Below, piece by piece: positions 55,812 through 64,000 of a DNA stretch of 64,000 nt. Source of the DNA: Zootoca vivipara. Its lineage: Eukaryota. Position 1 is the first letter of the stretch, and every line of letters begins with the position of its first letter. A program made the position numbers and the translations under genes. Location of the stretch: NCBI RefSeq assembly GCF_963506605.1, contig NC_083281.1, positions 5,518,001-5,582,000 on the forward strand, given 5' to 3'. The notes under the pieces were generated by a model. It was not told where the DNA came from and did no database searches. It saw nothing but the letters and a program-made list of their open reading frames with translations.

Positions 55812-57633
55812 TATATAGATTTGCATCCTGCTGTGTCATTAAAATATGCATCAGAGCAGCTTGCAACCATAAAAACATAAAACTATTAAAAAAAACTTTT
55901 AAAAGTTCAAAACAGACATCAGTTAACCATTGTCAAAGGATGTATTTGCAATCCTGGCAGAACAGAGAAGTTTTCAGCCAGTATTTTAAAGTGGATGCAG
56001 AAGAGATCTCCTCAGTAGCTCTAGCACTGGATACAAACCCCGTCCTTTTTATCAGTACTGCAGTGTTTATAATCGATGGATCGGAAATATTAAACTAGGG
56101 TTGCCATAAATCAGGGAATTCCTGGTCATGTCCTCTTTTCAGGGTCCTGCACGCTAGGTTCTTTACAGTCACCACAACAGAATGCCTAGTTGCCGTTTTG
56201 GGGCCAGACAGCTAGAAAGCCATGTTTTTCAATACAACATTTTTGGTCGCTGAAATTCATTCCGATTGTGCAGATAAAACATAACGGACAGAATTCTACA
56301 GGATGTGTTGCTAGTTCGTGAAAATAGTCAACGTCCAATGCTCCCTAGGCATGCAGGTGGCGGAGATGTCAGGGGCCATCCTGGCTCCTGGGCATCTTCA
56401 CTTGGTCACAAGTGGCCGACAGCCAGGTGCATAATGCGCCATGCAAATTTCATACAGCTGCATCATTCTGCACTAAACTGCATCTTCCGGCTTCCTCTGT
56501 TCTTGATCTGGAAGCTGCAGTTAGTGCAGAATGCTGAGGTGTGATTGCTGACAAGAGTGAAGCCTTGTCAGCGTAGGCTGCCTGTGCTCGGAGATCTGGT
56601 TGCCAACTTGCTACCAGACCAAGTTCAAGGTGTTACTATTATATTTGGGGCCAGCTTACCTATGAGATCGCCTTACCCCACAAGTGCCCACTCGAGCAGC
56701 AGAATGGGCACTACTGCGGGAGTCAAATAATACTCGTTCCGCATTTATGAGAACTCGATCGTTTAGTGTGGCAACGCTTACCCTTCGGAACTCCCTGCCT
56801 CTTGAGATCAAGCAGGCACTATTCTTTTCGGTGCCTGCTAAAAACATTCTTGTTTAAACAAGCCTACCCAGATGCTTAGAAAGTTGACGTGATTTTTATC
56901 TGTTTGGGCATTTTAGCTTTTGTATGTCTTAAAGCGCGGTTGTGATTTTCTCTTGGTTTTCTTGTATTTTCTTTCAGTCTCGTTTCCCCCTCCAGTGAAG
57001 CAGTGTATAAATTTTATTTACAGGTAGGTAGCCGTGTTGGTCTGACGTAGTTGAAACAAAAATTTAAAAAATCCTTCCAGCAGCACCTTAGAGACCAACT
57101 AAGTTTGTCATTAGTATGAGCTTTCGTATGCAGAAGTGTGCACGCCCCACCCCCAGAATGCGCGCCCCGCCCCACCCCAGAATGCACGCCATGTCCCTGG
57201 GGGCAGCGCGCCTGCTCTCTGCCCCCGCCGCTGAGGGTATGATATGTTAATTCGGGTGGTCCTAGGCCAGGCATCCTCTGTGCCGCTTGAACTACCTGAC
57301 TGGTTTTGTTAGAAAACATTAAAGAAAAGAAAAGAAAACAAAAGAGGGGAGAAAAGAAATGTAGGATGAAATGTGACATATAATAATGTGTGCTTTAGTA
57401 CTGTATATATTTTCAGATTGGTCTTCTGCAAACACCTTACCTTAGGTATTCAACATCATTCTTGCTATATATATATAATTTTTTTTATTAAATTTTCTGT
57501 TTTACAATTTAAAATACTCTTTTAAACATCTTTAAAATATCAGTGACTTCCCTTCTTCTCTTTCCATGGTTCTTTTTGCATATGTTAAGTCCCTGCATAT
57601 TTTGCAAAAACTAAACCATTCAGTATTCCATTC

Positions 57634-58950
57634 CAGTGGTATCTTGGTTCTCAAACTTAATCCGTTCCGGAGGTCCATTACAAAAACCAAAGCGTTCCAA
57701 ACCCAAAGTGCGCTTTCCCATAGAAAGTAATGCAAAACGGATTAATCCGTTCCAGACTTTTAAAAACAGCCCCTAAAACAGCAATTTAACATGAATTTTA
57801 CTATCTAACGAGACCATGGATCCATAAAATAAAAGCAATAATCAATGTACTGTATTATAAAATAAACAAGACAGTATTGTAGATTGTTATAAGAATTTTG
57901 AGGTCATATATATATAATTGTTCATAAAACATGTACATGAATGTACAGAAACATGTCTGAAGCAGCACAGGAAGACAGGCCTGACTGACACCATTTTGAC
58001 TCTCTCTCTCTGACCAGGTGTTCCTCTGCAAGGAAGAAGGGGGGTGGGGGGAACCTTCTCATTGTCTCAGTAATTAAAGTGATAATCCCTGGCATCCTGA
58101 TACCTGAGTGCCAGACAAAAAGGGTGTGGTTAACTTGGCTGGGAAACAGGGAAATGTAAATATCTCTTTTTTGTTGATTAGGTTTTGGGGGCAGGGGGCA
58201 GGGTCCAGGATGCTCAGATTACTGCCACCAGACCTCCCCTTTCATGATGTACCTATGATGAATCTAGGGAGAGGGGTCTTGGGCTACACCCCTTCTGTGA
58301 CATATGGATGATGCTTCTGGGGGGTGGGCTGAAACCAATTTCAAATTTCTTTTTAAGGGCAGGACACCTTTGTTTGGGGTTCCTTCCTTGTTCTCCTGCG
58401 TGAGAGGAAGGACCCTGTTGCAACAGCGAAAATAAAGGCTTTGCTTCTCAAACTTCTCTGGTTGGCCTCTGTTATATTCTCCAACCGATGGAGAACCCAA
58501 TAAGGGAATAAGGGCAGATTTTTGCCTATATCAAGATTATAAAAAATTAAAATTATTATTATTTTCTTACCTGCACTGATGATAGTCATTGTTTGGATGG
58601 GGGGGCTTTTATCCATTTCCGCAGTCACACAATCAACCCATCAGCAGCTGAACACAATCACAAAAGTAAATAAACTGAAAAAGCCGCAAAAACAAAAATG
58701 CAAAATAAATAGCAAAAACAAAAACGCCAAACTTAATCCGTTCCGAAAGTCCGTCTGACTTCCGAAATGTTCGAAAACCAAGGCGCAGGGTCAGATTGGT
58801 GCAAGCACCCCGGAAACAATATCTCAGAGCCGCATTGGACGTTCGGCTTCCGAAAAACGTTCAAAACCCAGAACATTTACTTCCAGGTTTTCGGCGTTGG
58901 GGGACCAAGGCGTTTGGGTACCAAGGTGTTTGAGAACCAAGGTACCACTG
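57634..58950. mobile_element. Tigger/mariner-like non-autonomous element carrying a nested solo LTR
   Basis: TIRs CAGTGGTATCTTGGTTCTCAAAC / GTTTGAGAACCAAGGTACCACTG, inserted in an L1-like 3' fragment. Confidence 0.78.
57885..58533 (+). mobile_element. Solo LTR, ERV-like
   Basis: TGTT...ATCA, 4-bp TSD AGAT, TATA-like TTTAAG near 58352 and AATAAA at 58431. Confidence 0.65.
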
Positions 58951-59919
58951 TATTGCATCTTTCAAAACTTACCGTATTTACACTGTTGAATTTATCTTAA
59001 TGCTGCCAACGTTTTCAGGTGTACACAATTTCCCCCCATAAATCCAATAACCGTTTTCAAATCTTCTCCAAACATACGTCTTTCCTTGCTTTCTACATGG
59101 TTCCCCTTTGCTTCTTTTTAAAATATTCACAACACCCTTGTGAGGTAAACCGGGCTGATAAGAGTGTCTGTCCCAAGCTCACTCACTGTGAAGGGATTTG
59201 TAGAGATTTAAACCTAGGGACACCCGCCCCCAATCTTGCCTCTGTCCTTGCATTAAGCTCTATTATTATTTTGCACAAGTGAAACTTTTGTGTGTGTGTT
59301 TTTGAGTAATTTTCTTAATTTTAGTGAGATTTTGGCACAAGCTACTTTAGGCTACCGTCTCGTACATGCTTACCTGTGAGAAAAGTCAGAGGTGGCACGA
59401 GCAGATTTTGCATTGCTGGGGGTCGAAGAATGCTGGAAATAAGCAAGTGAAATTAGCAAGTGAAAAATACGGTAAATGGTGCGTGGTGTTTTTTTTGTTA
59501 ACTTTCTGGAAGGGCAATTTATTCAAATTTATTCATGGGTCTTACAGAGTCCTGGTTATATGTCATCCCTCTCTCCTCTTCATATATGTCCTTTTCTGTG
59601 TTTTTTTCTTTTTCTTTTCTCTCTTCATATGCGTGTGGTGTTTTTTTTCTCCTCCCCATTCTCTCTCTTTTCTTTCACTTCTTTAACTCTATACTCTCCA
59701 AAATCTCTATACTCTTCCCATGCTTGAGGCCCAACCTATATGAGGCGATTCCAGAGGCCAATAATCTTCCCACTGCCCTAAGTTTAAGCTTCCACCATAA
59801 TTTTTTAAAACGGTTTTAAAAAAATAAAATAAACGTTTTTTAAAAAACAAAAAACAAAACCCTGCACCTCTCTAGGCTTTCACTCTCTTTTTCCCCGTTA
59901 AGTCCTCCAGCGACCCATA

Positions 59920-60802
<883 letters not shown>

Positions 60803-60989
60803 TGAGGGGAAGGAGGGAGGGGAGGGGCGCGCACAGACACACACACCCTCCGAAGTGGGGGGGAGGGGGGCTCCCGATACCGACACCTCCACCCCACCCC
60901 CCCAATCGCTGCCCGTTAGGAACCGAAACAAAACAACCCTCCACGGGGCCTCCTTTGAATGCCCGCCTTGCCTTCCCCACCCCCATGCT

Positions 60990-61437
60990 TATACTGTATA
61001 TACATACAGTACATGCACAAAACTAATATTTACTAATATGAATACATATACTGTATGCATGTGTATACACACACACAGAATGTATACACACAGATACATA
61101 TATATACGCCTCCCCCACCCTACCCATGCTTATATATATACTGTATACCAAAAAAATGTACACACACAAAAAGATGGATACACACATACGAATGTAAACA
61201 CACACCTTCCACCACACTCCGCCCATATACACACACACATATATACAGTATATGTACATACTCAAAAATGTATATATATAACACATATGTAAATGTATGC
61301 ACACACACAAATGTATGTACACACACATATTTATACATATGCCTTCCCCCACCCCACCCATATATACACAAAAAAGATATGCACACAAACCTATATATGT
61401 ACATACTTTAAAAAGTGTGTGCATATATATATTTATA

Positions 61438-61471
<34 letters not shown>

Positions 61472-61500
61472 CACAAATTGTACACACACACACATATTTA
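60990..61500. repeat. (TA)/(CA)-rich low-complexity tract in GNA11 intron 1
   Basis: Alternating purine-pyrimidine repeats. Confidence 0.9.
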
Positions 61501-61740
61501 CAATTAATCATAATATTTTTATTATTTATACCCCACCTATCTGGCTGGGTTTCCCCAGCCACTCTGGGCGGCTTACAACACACACAAAAATGTTAAAACA
61601 TTAAACATTAAAAAAAATTCCAGATCCAGGATTGCCTTCAGATGTCTTCTAAAAGTCAGATAGTTGTTTGTTTCCGTGACATCTGATGGGAGGGCGTTCC
61701 AGAGGGCGGGCCCTCTGCTTGTACACACAAATACCGGTAT

Positions 61741-61779
<39 letters not shown>

Positions 61780-64000
61780 TCTTTCTATCTAAACTAAAAT
61801 CATAGAATTATAGTATTGGGGGAACCATGGGGAGTCATCTAGTCCGACACCCCCCCACAATGCAGGAATGTGTGTGTTTTGCCCAATGCGGGGCTTGAAC
61901 CCATGGCCCCGAGTCTGAGCTATTCCATAGGCGCAACTGCTATTCCATAGGCTAACAAACATGTTGTTTATTAGCTATCTGCCATGGGTGCTTTAGTGGA
62001 GATTCCTGCGTTGCAGGGGGTTGGACTAGATGGCCCTCAGGGTCCCTTCCAATTCTTTAATATTCTGTTTCTGTACGTATTCTATATGTGCATAGAGTGA
62101 GTGAACATATACATCTGTATACATATATATACACATATATCTATAGATACACTTATACAGACACAGCTATATACATATACATACATATATTTATTATTAT
62201 TTATTAAATTGTTGTTCACTTTATCTTGATCAGGGCAACCTAGAGCAACCTTTGTTGTTGTTTAGTCGTTTAGTCGTGTCCGACTCTTTGTGACCCCATG
62301 GTCACGAAGAGCAACCTACAACCTACCAAAACACTCCACTGAGATGCATTAAAACCAATACATTAGAACATCTCTCTCTCTCTAGGTTGAATCCAAACTA
62401 AGTTCTAAGAGTAGACTCGCCAGAAAAAAACCTCAATGTGTCTTAAGGAAACCGTGTACATTCATTACAATGAGTCCACTCTCTTAATGTCTTTATGCGA
62501 ATGCATCCTGGGTTGAAGCCCAAGTTTCACTCGTAAGTAGGCCCAGCTGTCAAGAAATCACGACAGTTGTGCCCATTTCATTCTATAGGTCTTCAGAGTC
62601 AACCCATAATGTCTTAGCATTAAGTTCTACTCAAGAGTAGATCCACTGGAGAAATCATTGGACCCAAGGAAATTATGTGCATTTTGTGTAATGTAAATGT
62701 AAATAATTTTTAACGGATTTGTTGTGACTAAAGTTGGATATAGCCCATAAACAGATGCGAAGAATGTTGACCCATTGACATTAATGGATTGTGTCCAATG
62801 TTAGCCTTATTTTGAGTAGATCAATTGGATATAAATAACTCCGCTAACGGTCCATTGACTTCAGTGGTCTGCTCTGAGTAAGGATGCAAGTTTGGTTCAA
62901 CCAATTAACTTCAGTGCGTTTAAATCCTTAAATCTGGGTTGTATCCTTAGTAGATTCATTGAAATTTACTTGTGTCTCTGCGAAATATCCATGATTTACC
63001 TGGAACCATTGATATTCAGTGGGTCCACTCTTGAGTAGAACTTAGTTGAATTCAACCTGTGATGTCTTAGCATTAAGACCTAAAAGAGTTGACCATTTGG
63101 AATTCAAGTGCATGACTGACTTGGTTCCACTGACGTCAACAGATCTACTCTGAGTATAACTTAGTTGAATGCAACGTATTAATTTCATATATAGCATGAT
63201 ATAGCATTCTTTTAGCCCCTGAATAGCATCCTTGGTTTTCAGTTTACAGTACAAGTTGTATCCTATGTTACTCGCACTCTAAGTGGGCCGATTTAAATTA
63301 AATGAGTTTAAGGCCCATTGATGCCAGTGGTTCTACTCTTATAAAAGGCCATAAATATAACGTGTTGTTAATAGTCTATCCTTTCTGAAATTTTAAGTTC
63401 TTCTGAGGTCCGTTAATGGTAGTGGATCTGCTTTGCATAGCGTCTAGTTGGATGCAACTCATGTTGTATGTGCATGCATCCATATTTCATTTCCTCGTTG
63501 ACTTACTTTTTAAACCTCTAGGCTTATCCCTGTGTGCCTTTTACTTTCGGTTGCGTCCAGCTAAGTTCTGCTCTGAGTATATAGACATGACCAACTTAGA
63601 TCCATTAATTTCAGTGGGTCTATTCTGAGTAGGGGTTGGTTGGATACAATTCTGTTATGGGCATCACCCTGTGTGTTTATGTGCATACAATCAAACATAT
63701 GGTAATACACACACAAGAATGTGTTTATTTTATGTGTGTAATATAACTGCAGCTGCTTAGCTATGTATATTTTATTTTTTAAAAAACTTAATATACTCCT
63801 TGATTGTAGAAAATTTCAGAATGGGTTTACAAAATATATATTGCTGCTTATTTGTCCTTATAATGTTTTATATTTATATTTTATATACATTTACAGTTGT
63901 GTGCAACATGGCAACCTATATATAACAGTATTAGGGCCTATTTGGCTCTATCCTACCACTTTAGATTGTCATAATTTCCCAAAAAGAATCATGGGAACTG

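Noticed and set aside
60855-61604. His/Thr/Tyr-rich and Cys/Val-rich ORFs
   Set aside because: Artefacts of the (CA)/(TA) low-complexity tract.

Overview
Vertebrate genomic DNA, most likely from a squamate and probably a lacertid lizard, judged from the Sauria-type SINEs, BovB, L2 and CR1 repeats. The window holds a tandem/inverted cluster of four intact five-exon granule serine-protease-family (peptidase S1A, granzyme/cathepsin G/mast-cell-protease-like) genes. The cluster lies about 12.5 kb upstream of the CpG-island promoter and first coding exon of GNA11. Genes 1 (+, 3207-6631) and 3 (+, 25578-29208) keep the catalytic triad and a D189/G216/G226 tryptase-type pocket. Gene 2 (-, 11076-14698) keeps the triad but has a T189/F216/A226 pocket and a 6-aa loop insertion. 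Gene 4 (+, 43919-48128) is an intact ORF but catalytically dead (H57R, S195M, IVGG replaced by SSCP), strongly cationic and carries two new cysteines, so it looks like an independently evolved azurocidin-like pseudo-protease. Four dead promoter/exon-1 copies and other relics show birth-and-death evolution. An intact, very young Tf1/sushi-type chromovirus (34154-39964) shows a self-priming PBS, a GGGAAAC -1 frameshift with a pseudoknot, and two tandem acidic FLGF motifs after the chromodomain that resemble LEDGF/TFIIS-N-domain-binding (IBM/TIM) motifs. Also present are a 2.1 kb RT-less retroposon, nested hAT/mariner MITEs, solo LTRs and one assembly gap. Exon coordinates, residue numbering and counts were derived by hand; no database searches were run.
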